34,106 nt of DNA from Bacteroidales bacterium (GTDB lineage Bacteria > Bacteroidota > Bacteroidia > Bacteroidales > SMBSF77). Positions 7,990-15,610 of this stretch are shown piece after piece. The translations under genes were made by a program, and so were the position numbers. The DNA lies in assembly GCA_021106655.1 (NCBI GenBank), contig JAIOTT010000066.1, positions 1-34,106 of the forward strand. The letters run 5' to 3'. The stretch's first letter is position 1, and every line of letters begins with the position of its first letter. Under the pieces are notes generated by a model. It made no database searches. It was not told the DNA's origin and worked only from the letters and a program-made list of their open reading frames with translations.

Positions 7990-10146
7990 ATGGATATTAA
8001 TAAATTAAAAGCAGCGCATAAATCTTTAAAGAAGTTTAAATATGATATTCCTGTTATCGACAGAGGATATGCCAATAAAACATTGTATATTAATGTTGGC
8101 GATAACGAAATAAAAGAAAAACCGGTAACTAAGTTAATGAAGGATAAGTTCATTGGTGGTAAAGGTTTTGGTTTAAAATTATTGTGGGAAGGTACAAAAC
8201 CTGACACAAAGTGGAATGATCCTGAAAATGAGATCATCATTTCAGGTGGTCCTATTTGTGGTATTACACAATATTCCGGTACAGTAAAATCCCTGGTGGT
8301 AAGTATTTCACCGCAAACAAACTCTGTTATTGATAGTAACGTTGGTGGTTATTTCGGGCCTTTTTTGAAATTTTGTGGATTTGACTCCCTTGAGCTTCAG
8401 GGAAAAGCTGAAAATGATATCATAATATATATTGATGGCATCAAAGGTGAAATAGAAATTTTTGAAGCTCCGGAAGAGGCTATCGACAGTCATATTCTTG
8501 CCGAACAACTCACTGAAATGTTTGCTGATGATGAGAAGGACAGGAAAAATGTTGCTGTTGTATCAGCAGGTAAAGCTGCCGACAATTCACTTATCGGGAT
8601 GCTTAACTTTAGCTTTTTTGATGTCAGAAGAAAGAAAGCCAGACTAAAACAAGCAGGCCGTGGAGGTATTGGAACTGTATTCAGAGATAAAAAGATCAAG
8701 GCACTTGTTACTAAAATCGGTGGAGTTAAAGGTAATATGAACAATGTAGTAGATCTTAAGGCTATTATTGAGAGAGGGAAAATCTTTAATAAGGAAATGA
8801 GAGACCTTGATGATTCTCAGGCTGAAATGAGAACAAAAGGAACTGCCCACCTCACTAATGTTATGAATGATTATGACCTTCTACCAACAAATAATTTTAA
8901 GTTTGGTAAGCATGAAGATGCATATAAAATTCATAGCGATATATTAAAAAAGGACTATTTTACTCAAGGTGTCCCGGATGGATGCTGGCACGGATGTAAT
9001 ATGTCATGTACCAAAGGTGTTGATGATTTTACAATCAAAACAGGGCCTTATAAAGGTCAGGTTGTTCTTGTTGACGGGCCGGAATATGAAAATGCCGGCG
9101 GATTAGGTTCAAACTGTGGAATATTTGATTTTGATTATATCGTAGAGGCTAATTTCTACTGCGACACATACGGCAGCTGTACAATTTCCTGGGGTACATT
9201 GCTGGCATTTATTATGGAATGTTTTGAGAATGGTATAATAAATGAAGAAATAACAGGTGGGCTCAAGCTAAATTTTGGAAATGCTGACGCAGCTATTGAG
9301 CTCATGCACCAGTTAGCCAGAGGAGAAGGATTCGGGCTTATTGCCGGTCAGGGTACTCGCAAAATGAAGGAGATCTTCGTTAAGGAATATGGCGCAGATC
9401 CAAACTTCTTACAGGATATTGCAAGGGAAAATAAAGGACTCGAATATTCTGAATATGTTTCAAAAGAATCTCTTGCTCAACAAGGCGGATTTGCAATGAC
9501 AAATAAAGGCCCACAACATGATGAAGCATGGCTGATCTTTATGGACATGGTAAATAACCAAATCCCAACTTTCGAAGATAAAGCCGAAGCATTACACTAT
9601 TTCCCTATGTTCAGAACATGGTTTGGATTGGTAGGATTATGTAAGCTGCCATGGAACGATGTTGAACCTGTAAATAATGCCGAAACAGACGAACCCGCAA
9701 AAGTTTCCGAACATGTTGATAATTATGTGACAGTCTTTAATGCTGTAACAGGATTAAATATTCATAAAGAAGAACTTATCAGACAATCTGAAAGAGTATA
9801 TAACTACCAACGTATCTTTAACCTTAGAAGAGGATATGGGACAAGAAAATGGGATGCACAGCCTTATAGAGCAGCAGGCCCTGTAACAACAGAAGAATAT
9901 GAGTCAAGAACAGAAAGATATGACAAGCAAATGAAAGAACTCATTGGTGTAGACCCAACAGATAAAACTGTTGAGGAAAAAGTTGATATAACCCGTAAAT
10001 ACCGTGAACAACAATATGAAGACCTTTTAGATGCTGTTTATAAGAGAAGAGGCTGGAATAACAACGGTATTCCTACTATTGAACACTTGAAAAGCCTTGA
10101 GATGGATCTTCCGGAACTAACTGAATTAATTAAAGAACATCTGTAA
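7990..10146 (+). CDS. Aldehyde:ferredoxin oxidoreductase family (tungstopterin enzyme)
   Basis: 718-aa ORF. The N-terminal signature is DRGYANKTLYINV...FIGGKGFGLKLLWE. Other motifs: QAGRGGIGTVFRDKKIKALV, a Cys cluster GCWHGCNMSC, EYENAGGLGSNCGI, CDTYGSCTISWG and a C-terminal YKRRGWNNNGIPT. Confidence 0.85.
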   Translation: MDINKLKAAHKSLKKFKYDIPVIDRGYANKTLYINVGDNEIKEKPVTKLMKDKFIGGKGFGLKLLWEGTKPDTKWNDPENEIIISGGPICGITQYSGTVKSLVVSISPQTNSVIDSNVGGYFGPFLKFCGFDSLELQGKAENDIIIYIDGIKGEIEIFEAPEEAIDSHILAEQLTEMFADDEKDRKNVAVVSAGKAADNSLIGMLNFSFFDVRRKKARLKQAGRGGIGTVFRDKKIKALVTKIGGVKGNMNNVVDLKAIIERGKIFNKEMRDLDDSQAEMRTKGTAHLTNVMNDYDLLPTNNFKFGKHEDAYKIHSDILKKDYFTQGVPDGCWHGCNMSCTKGVDDFTIKTGPYKGQVVLVDGPEYENAGGLGSNCGIFDFDYIVEANFYCDTYGSCTISWGTLLAFIMECFENGIINEEITGGLKLNFGNADAAIELMHQLARGEGFGLIAGQGTRKMKEIFVKEYGADPNFLQDIARENKGLEYSEYVSKESLAQQGGFAMTNKGPQHDEAWLIFMDMVNNQIPTFEDKAEALHYFPMFRTWFGLVGLCKLPWNDVEPVNNAETDEPAKVSEHVDNYVTVFNAVTGLNIHKEELIRQSERVYNYQRIFNLRRGYGTRKWDAQPYRAAGPVTTEEYESRTERYDKQMKELIGVDPTDKTVEEKVDITRKYREQQYEDLLDAVYKRRGWNNNGIPTIEHLKSLEMDLPELTELIKEHL

Positions 10147-10167
10147 AATTTAATTAAAACTAATGTA

Positions 10168-10211
10168 AAGAAAACCGTGCATTTTTTTAAAGCAGGTTTT
10201 CTTTTATTTTT
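10168..10211 (+). terminator. Rho-independent terminator after the AOR gene
   Basis: AAGAAAACC(g)TGC ... GCAGGTTTTCTT stem followed by TTATTTTT, 22 nt after the stop. Confidence 0.6.
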
Positions 10212-10216
10212 CAAAG

Positions 10217-10239
10217 CGTTATGCAAATTTCGCATAACG
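10217..10239. promoter_or_regulatory. Mo-box-like palindrome (candidate ModE-type operator)
   Basis: CGTTATGC-aaatttc-GCATAACG has perfect 8-bp arms and lies 16 nt upstream of the ModE-like ATG. The CGnTAT...ATAnCG half-sites resemble described ModE operators. Confidence 0.5.
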
Positions 10240-10254
10240 ACAATAAATAAAAAA

Positions 10255-10647
10255 ATGAATAAAACTAGCACTAGCATTTATGATAATGTTAAATGTAATT
10301 TTAAAATATGGCTTTCAACCAATGATGATGAAGGTATTATTGGTGATGGTAAATGGAAGATACTTAAAGCTATCGAAAAACATGGATCGTTAACAGCTGC
10401 AACAAAAGCCCTCGGAATAACATACCGCTGAACCTGGAGTGATCTTAAAAAAATCGAAGATTACCTGGGATTTGCCTTGATTGAAAAAGTAAGAGGTGGT
10501 AGAAATGGCGGACAAACAACACTTACCAAAAAAGGGAGAAGCCTTATAAATGCATTTGACAAACTCCATTACAAAATAGATGGGATCATTGAAGATGCTT
10601 TTGTTGAATTCAAAAAAGAATTGAAAAACACTACTAATGAAAAATAA
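10255..10647 (+). pseudogene. ModE N-terminal-domain-like (molybdate/tungstate-responsive wHTH) regulator with an in-frame TGA at 10429-10431
   Basis: MNKTS...GDGKWKILKAIEKHGSLTAATKALGITYR-TGA-TWSDLKKIEDYLGFALIEKVRGGRNGGQTTLTKKGRSLINAF continues in the same frame to the TAA at 10645-10647. It overlaps the wtpA start by 11 nt. The 10177 start in the ORF track lies inside the terminator and is unlikely. Confidence 0.7.
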
Positions 10648-11638
10648 GATTTTTTGTATAAAAATGGTAGTTTATTTATTGTCATCTCTCCTATTTATTG
10701 CATGTGGGAATGAGGCAGAAAAAAAAGATAGCACTAAGTCAGAAGATACATCTCATATATCCGGTGAACTTATAATTTTTCATGCAGGCAGCCTGTCAGT
10801 TCCCTTTAAAGAAATCTCTTCTGCCTTTAATCAGGAATATCCTGACTTGAAAATTTCAATGGAAGCTGCCGGCAGTGTTGCATGTGCAAGAAAGATAACC
10901 GACCTTAAACGTAAATGTGATGTTTTTGGATCGGCGGATTATAATGTTATCGATAAAATGCTGATACCTGAATATGCTAGCTGGAATATTAAATTCGTAA
11001 GCAATGAGATGGCAATTGTATATACTGAAAAATCAAAATATCATGATATTATTAATATTGATAGCTGGACTGATATTTTATTGAAGGAAGATGTTTATTA
11101 TGGAAGATCTGATCCGAATTCTGACCCTTGTGGATACAGGTCTGTACTCACTATGAAACTTGCTGAGAAGTTTTATGAGAAACCTGACCTTGCAAAAGCA
11201 TTTCTTAATAAAGATATGAATTTTATCCGCCCAAAAGAAGTTGACCTCATTGCATTACTCGAGACAAATTCTCTTGACTATATTTTTCTTTATAGATCGG
11301 TAGCCGAACAACATGGACTGGAATATTTGCTTCTTCCGGATCATGTAAATCTCAAGAACCCTGAATTTGCCAATTATTATTCAACGGTAAGTGTTGATAT
11401 CAATGGCAAAAAACCGGGTGAGACAATTACTCAAACAGGTGAGCCTATGGTCTATGGTATCACAATACCTAAAAACGCACCAAACCCGAAAGCCGCCAAA
11501 GCATTTGTAAACTTCGTCCTTTCAAAAGAAAAGGGAATGGCCATATTGGAAAAGAATGGTCAGCCATCATTAGTTCCTGCAAAAACAAATACTTATAAAA
11601 ATATACTTGATAATCTGAAAAAATTTGCAATAGAATAG
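10637..11638 (+). CDS. wtpA: Tungstate/molybdate ABC transporter substrate-binding lipoprotein, WtpA type
   Basis: 333-aa ORF with a signal peptide and lipobox (LLFIACG). Motifs recalled from archaeal WtpA are present: IFHAGSL, EAAGS, SADY, SDPNSDPCGYRS, VYGITIPKNAPN. Confidence 0.75.
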   Translation: MKNKIFCIKMVVYLLSSLLFIACGNEAEKKDSTKSEDTSHISGELIIFHAGSLSVPFKEISSAFNQEYPDLKISMEAAGSVACARKITDLKRKCDVFGSADYNVIDKMLIPEYASWNIKFVSNEMAIVYTEKSKYHDIINIDSWTDILLKEDVYYGRSDPNSDPCGYRSVLTMKLAEKFYEKPDLAKAFLNKDMNFIRPKEVDLIALLETNSLDYIFLYRSVAEQHGLEYLLLPDHVNLKNPEFANYYSTVSVDINGKKPGETITQTGEPMVYGITIPKNAPNPKAAKAFVNFVLSKEKGMAILEKNGQPSLVPAKTNTYKNILDNLKKFAIE

Positions 11639-11738
11639 AATATAGCCACAGATTTCACAGATTATTATTATCAGTGAATCTGCAGCAAAAATTTTTAAAG
11701 GATGAAAAAATCAATCATTATTTTATTAATTGCCATGT

Positions 11739-11800
11739 GTTAGGCGAAGCGTCCACGCTTCGCCAGTAATTTTTCATCATAGCGTGTACGCTACGATGAA
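11739..11800. repeat. Hairpin pair: second copy of the GGCGAAGCG-TCCA-CGCTTCGCC element plus an adjacent TCATCATAGCG-TGTA-CGCTACGATGA hairpin
   Basis: 11739-11764 is identical to 6881-6906. The second stem at 11774-11799 has one mismatch. Confidence 0.8.
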
Positions 11801-11823
11801 ACCAAAATCAATAAACTAATACC

Positions 11824-12900
11824 ATGAAACAAACAATCATCATATTATTATTAACATCATTTACCTGGAGTTGTAATCAAACAAAAGATCAAAAAAGCAG
11901 TGAAAAAGCTTTACCCGATTTAAGCTATGATGTTGATAAAGACAAAACAAATGATTTTTATGATGATGCAAAGCCATTTATTTTAAAGGGAAAAAGAATA
12001 ATAACAATAGATGGGGAAATAGCTAATCCCGGAGAAATGAACATTGAAAAGTTGCCCCTCCGCTCTTTGATTGTTAAAGAGGCTCATATTTCGGGAGATA
12101 GCAATAAATTTATTGGCGCCTATAGATATGATGGATATTCTTTATATGACATATTGAATGAATACAAACTTAAAAAGAAAAATGCCGATTCATTTAAACC
12201 AATAATTGATCTTTATGTAATAGTTGAAAATGATGAAGGTGACAAGGTAGTTCTAAGCTGGGGGGAGCTCTATTATCCTGCAAATCTGCATAATATTATC
12301 ATTGCAACAAGAGTTACAAGAATTGTTCCATCAAAGACAAATGATCTCTGGCCACTACCAGAAACAACCAAACTGATTATATCACATGATCTATTGACAG
12401 AAAGAAACATTACAAATCCGGTTAAGATCTCAATTATTTCTGATGATATTGAACTTATAGTCAGAAAGGGGCTAAAGCCCATGTATGCTTCTGAAATATC
12501 TCTGTTTATCGACAAGGAAAATATCCGGACGATCAAAACTATTCCTAAAGGACTTGATGAGATTGAATATGAAACCATCTTTTATGGCCGTGGCAGAGGC
12601 ATACACAGCACCACACCTTTTAATGGATTTTTATTAAAGGATATTCTAAAAGAAGATCTATCTGTTACAAAAGAAAATATCTGTCAGGGAATATTTATAA
12701 TTTCTGCTGAAGATGGTTATCGAGGCGTATTTACTTTTAGTGAGATATTTAACAGGAATGATCAATCCGGGCTTCTGCTAATTTATGACCCGTCAAATAT
12801 GGATGGTGGGGCATTCAGGCTGTTTCCTTCATTTGATTTCTTCTCCGACCGAGCAATAAAGTCTGTCAACGGAATATATTTTAAAACTCAAACCCGTTAA
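11824..12900 (+). CDS. Uncharacterised lipoprotein with two tandem domains reminiscent of the molybdopterin-oxidoreductase (SUOX-like) substrate/cofactor domain
   Basis: 358-aa ORF with the lipoprotein signal MKQTIIILLLTSFTWSC. Two similar halves are visible: ITIDGEIANPGEMNIEKLPL...YRYDGYSLYDILNE...VENDEGDKVVLSWGEL and ...FNGFLLKDILKE...ISAEDGYRGVFTFSEIF...LLLIYD. The domain assignment is motif-level only. Confidence 0.5.
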   Translation: MKQTIIILLLTSFTWSCNQTKDQKSSEKALPDLSYDVDKDKTNDFYDDAKPFILKGKRIITIDGEIANPGEMNIEKLPLRSLIVKEAHISGDSNKFIGAYRYDGYSLYDILNEYKLKKKNADSFKPIIDLYVIVENDEGDKVVLSWGELYYPANLHNIIIATRVTRIVPSKTNDLWPLPETTKLIISHDLLTERNITNPVKISIISDDIELIVRKGLKPMYASEISLFIDKENIRTIKTIPKGLDEIEYETIFYGRGRGIHSTTPFNGFLLKDILKEDLSVTKENICQGIFIISAEDGYRGVFTFSEIFNRNDQSGLLLIYDPSNMDGGAFRLFPSFDFFSDRAIKSVNGIYFKTQTR

Positions 12901-12936
12901 ACCAGCAACCTGTAACTTGCAACCCGCAACCTAATA

Positions 12937-13737
12937 TTGAGTGATCAAAGAAACATAAACCTGCTATTTACTGCCTTAGGTGGTCTGGTTTTATTGTTCA
13001 TCATTGCACCATTGGCCGGCCTGTTCTTTTCTACATCTCCAGGAAACATAATCGAGACCTCAGCTGATCCGGAAGTTCAGAGGAGTATTTGGTTAACACT
13101 AATGACATCTATGGCAGCTACCTTATGTTTTGCTATTGCTGCAATACCCTTAGCCTATCTGCTTGCCAAAAGAAATTTCAGGTTTAAGCGTCTTGTTCTG
13201 GGTATTATTGACCTGCCAATAGTTATTCCACATTCAGCGGCAGGTATTGCCATACTGGGATTTATTTCCAGAGATTCCGCAGTTGGACAGTTTGCCTCGA
13301 TGTTTGGATTAAACCTTGTTGGACATCCTATCGGGATTTCACTTGCGATGGCTTTTGTAAGTATCCCCTTTCTCATGAATGCAGCAAGGGATGGTTTTGC
13401 AAATGTCCCGATAAGACTGGAAAAAGCCGCACTAAATTTAGGCGCTTCACCTCTTCGTGTGTTTTTTACCATCTCTCTCCCTTTGGCATGGAGAAATATT
13501 ATATCAGGACTGATAATGATGTTTGCCAGGGGAATGAGTGAATTCGGTGCAGTAATTATTGTTGCTTATCATCCTATGATAACACCGGTTCTCATCTATG
13601 AAAGATTTGGTGCATTTGGTTTAAAGTATGCTCGACCGGTTTCTGTTATTTTTATTGTTGTTGCTCTTATCTTTTTTATTGCATTACGCTTATTATCTAA
13701 AGAGAATAAAAATGCTGGAAATCAAAAAAATAACTAA
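12937..13737 (+). CDS. wtpB: Tungstate/molybdate ABC transporter permease (WtpB/ModB-like)
   Basis: 266-aa ORF with an apparent TTG start, 6 TM helices and the EAA loop LEKAALNLGASPLRVFFTISLP. Confidence 0.7.
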   Translation: MSDQRNINLLFTALGGLVLLFIIAPLAGLFFSTSPGNIIETSADPEVQRSIWLTLMTSMAATLCFAIAAIPLAYLLAKRNFRFKRLVLGIIDLPIVIPHSAAGIAILGFISRDSAVGQFASMFGLNLVGHPIGISLAMAFVSIPFLMNAARDGFANVPIRLEKAALNLGASPLRVFFTISLPLAWRNIISGLIMMFARGMSEFGAVIIVAYHPMITPVLIYERFGAFGLKYARPVSVIFIVVALIFFIALRLLSKENKNAGNQKNN

Positions 13738-14770
13738 GATATATAAGGAATTTGCCATTAAAGATTTCAGCATTAATGTTGAAAAAGGTGACTATTTTAT
13801 GATACTTGGGGTTTCAGGTGCTGGTAAGTCATTACTGCTTGAATTGATCGCAGGACTTATAAAACCGGATTCCGGAACTATCATTTTTGAAGGCGAGGAT
13901 ATCACTAATAAAAATATTCATCATCGTAAGATAGGTCTGCTTTTTCAGGATTATGCCATCTTTCCACACCTCTCAGTAAAAGATAACATTGCCTATCCTT
14001 TGCGATTGAAAAAGCTTAGCTCAGCTGAAAGGAATAAAAGAGTGTCAGAATATGCAGAAAAAGCCAGCATTTCCCATTTGATACACAGAGATCCTTCAAC
14101 TTTGTCGGGAGGAGAGTTGCAGCGTGTTTCCTTAGCCCGTATTCTGGCAATGGAGCCTGATTGCCTCCTTCTGGATGAGCCATTATCATCACTTGATGTA
14201 CAATTAAAAGAAGGCCTGAGAACTTTACTCCGGAAGCTAAACAGAGAGGGATTGACAATAATACATATAACACATGATTTTGAAGAGACAATATCTCTGG
14301 CAAACCGTCTTGCAGTTATTCATGATGGAACTATTGTTCAACAAGGAACACCAAAAGAAGTTTTTCAATATCCCGGAAATGAGTTCGTCGCAAAAATGAC
14401 AGGGATAAAAAATTTCTTCAAAACCAAGCTAATAAAAGAACCTCCGGACAATAATGCAACAGCCTTAATAAATGAGAATATTAAAATAAATTTGCTAAGT
14501 GAGGAACAAAACTGTGAAGGACACATTTTGATCCGTAGAAGAGATATAATCATTTCTGAAAGCAAACTTCAATCAAGTGCATGCAATAATTTTGAAGGAA
14601 TTATTACAGAAACCATCCCTCAAAACACAGGAATAGAAGTTATTATTGATATTGGTGTTAAGTTTTTTGTTCTGCTTACTGAATTATCTTTTGAAGAACT
14701 CAAACTGGGAGAAGGGAAAAAAGTCTGGATATCTTTTAAAGCCTCTTCTGTCAGGTTTATAAAAAATTAA
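13712..14770 (+). CDS. wtpC: Tungstate/molybdate ABC transporter ATPase with C-terminal TOBE/Mop-like domain (WtpC/ModC-like)
   Basis: The ATG at 13712 (MLEIKKITKIY) overlaps the permease end by 26 nt; the track start at 13628 is an artefactual extension. Walker A GVSGAGKS, signature LSGGELQRV, Walker B LLLDEP. The C-terminal segment NFEGIITE...GKKVWISFKASSV is TOBE-like. Confidence 0.8.
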   Translation: MLEIKKITKIYKEFAIKDFSINVEKGDYFMILGVSGAGKSLLLELIAGLIKPDSGTIIFEGEDITNKNIHHRKIGLLFQDYAIFPHLSVKDNIAYPLRLKKLSSAERNKRVSEYAEKASISHLIHRDPSTLSGGELQRVSLARILAMEPDCLLLDEPLSSLDVQLKEGLRTLLRKLNREGLTIIHITHDFEETISLANRLAVIHDGTIVQQGTPKEVFQYPGNEFVAKMTGIKNFFKTKLIKEPPDNNATALINENIKINLLSEEQNCEGHILIRRRDIIISESKLQSSACNNFEGIITETIPQNTGIEVIIDIGVKFFVLLTELSFEELKLGEGKKVWISFKASSVRFIKN

Positions 14771-14819
14771 ACCTCTGATTTCTAAGTTGAGGCTCAAAAC
14801 CTGCCTCTTTGATCGCCTC
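14769..14819 (-). repeat. Direct repeat copy A: orphan duplicate of the radical-SAM gene 3' end (att-like)
   Basis: 45/51 identical to 15640-15690 with no gaps. The minus strand reads EAIKEAGFEPQLRNQRF, then NFL-stop. Confidence 0.85.
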
Positions 14820-14825
14820 TTAGCT

Positions 14826-14849
14826 GAGCGGAGTCTCCAGACTCCGCTC
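14826..14849. repeat. Perfect palindromic hairpin GAGCGGAGTCT-CC-AGACTCCGCTC
   Basis: 11-bp perfect arms. It starts 7 nt beyond repeat copy A, and a related half-copy lies at 6428-6448. Confidence 0.85.
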
Positions 14850-15073
14850 CAAAATAAACTGTAATTTGTAATTGCATTATCCCGATAGAATGATAAGAAT
14901 CATTGCTTTCATAATTGCATTGATGTAAAATTATTTACCCGATTAGTGATTACCTTTTAATATTATTATATACTAAGCTAATGAATTATCCAGAAGTGGT
15001 TATTTCTAAGTATAATAACTAATATTTAATGATTTTCAATATAAAGTAGCTTATACTTTTAAAATGTTATAGA

Positions 15074-15610
15074 ATGGATTCAAAAAATAATACAATTGAT
15101 ATTGCTGAAGAGATCATTGTGAGTAGAATTCACAATATCAGAGGTAAACAGGTCATGCTCTCCCATGATTTAGCTGAATTGTATCAGGTTGAAACGAAGG
15201 TATTGAATCAACAAGTTAAAAGAAATATCGGGAAGTTTCCTGAGAGATATATGTTTCAACTTACTCAGGAAGAATACAGCCGTTTAAGGTCACAAAATGT
15301 GACCTTAAATAGGGGGCAGCACATGAAATATTTGCCTTATGCTTTTTCTGAGCATGGTATATTAATGTTGTCAAGTGTTCTGCGAAGTGATAGAGCTGAT
15401 AAGGTTAACATGTTAATCATTGATACTTTTGTCAAAGTAAGGGAATTAATGTACATACATAAAGATATTATCCACCAGCTTGAACAGGTACAAAATAAAC
15501 TTACAGAACATGACAATCATATCCTTGTCATCTTTGAATATTTAAAACAATTTGAAAAGTCAAAACAATTAGAGCAAGAATACAAAGACAGAAAACGGAT
15601 TGGATATTAG
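15074..15610 (+). CDS. ORF6N-domain (KilA-N-like) DNA-binding protein
   Basis: 178-aa ORF. IRGKQVMLSHDLAELYQVETKVLNQQVKRNIGKFPERYMFQLTQEEYSRLRSQ...YLPYAFSEHGILMLSSVLRSDRA closely follows the ORF6N consensus as I recall it. Confidence 0.8.
   Translation: MDSKNNTIDIAEEIIVSRIHNIRGKQVMLSHDLAELYQVETKVLNQQVKRNIGKFPERYMFQLTQEEYSRLRSQNVTLNRGQHMKYLPYAFSEHGILMLSSVLRSDRADKVNMLIIDTFVKVRELMYIHKDIIHQLEQVQNKLTEHDNHILVIFEYLKQFEKSKQLEQEYKDRKRIGY

Noticed and set aside
10177-10254. Upstream-extended starts from the ORF track: 10177 for the ModE-like gene, 13628 for wtpC, 24888 for the AtpZ-like gene, and the TTG starts at 16740 and 25219.
   Set aside because: The extensions run through a terminator or deep into the preceding gene, and they encode implausible leader sequences such as poly-Leu/Phe. 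Internal ATG codons give N-termini that match the family norms.
10429-10431. The in-frame TGA could reflect genetic code 4 or 25 (TGA as Trp or Gly). TGA terminates only one gene in the window (pdxA, 19550-19552), and reading through that stop would add only 9 codons.
   Set aside because: All other conserved genes are full length under the standard code with no internal TGA. Tryptophan is consistently encoded by TGG throughout, for example in the AOR and QmoC-like genes. A single internal TGA is better explained by mutation or error.
10429-10480. Selenocysteine insertion at the ModE-like TGA.
   Set aside because: I could not find a convincing SECIS-type stem-loop at the expected spacing after the UGA; there is only a weak 5-bp ATCTT/AAGAT pairing. 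The position lies in a wHTH recognition helix where no Cys or Sec is expected.
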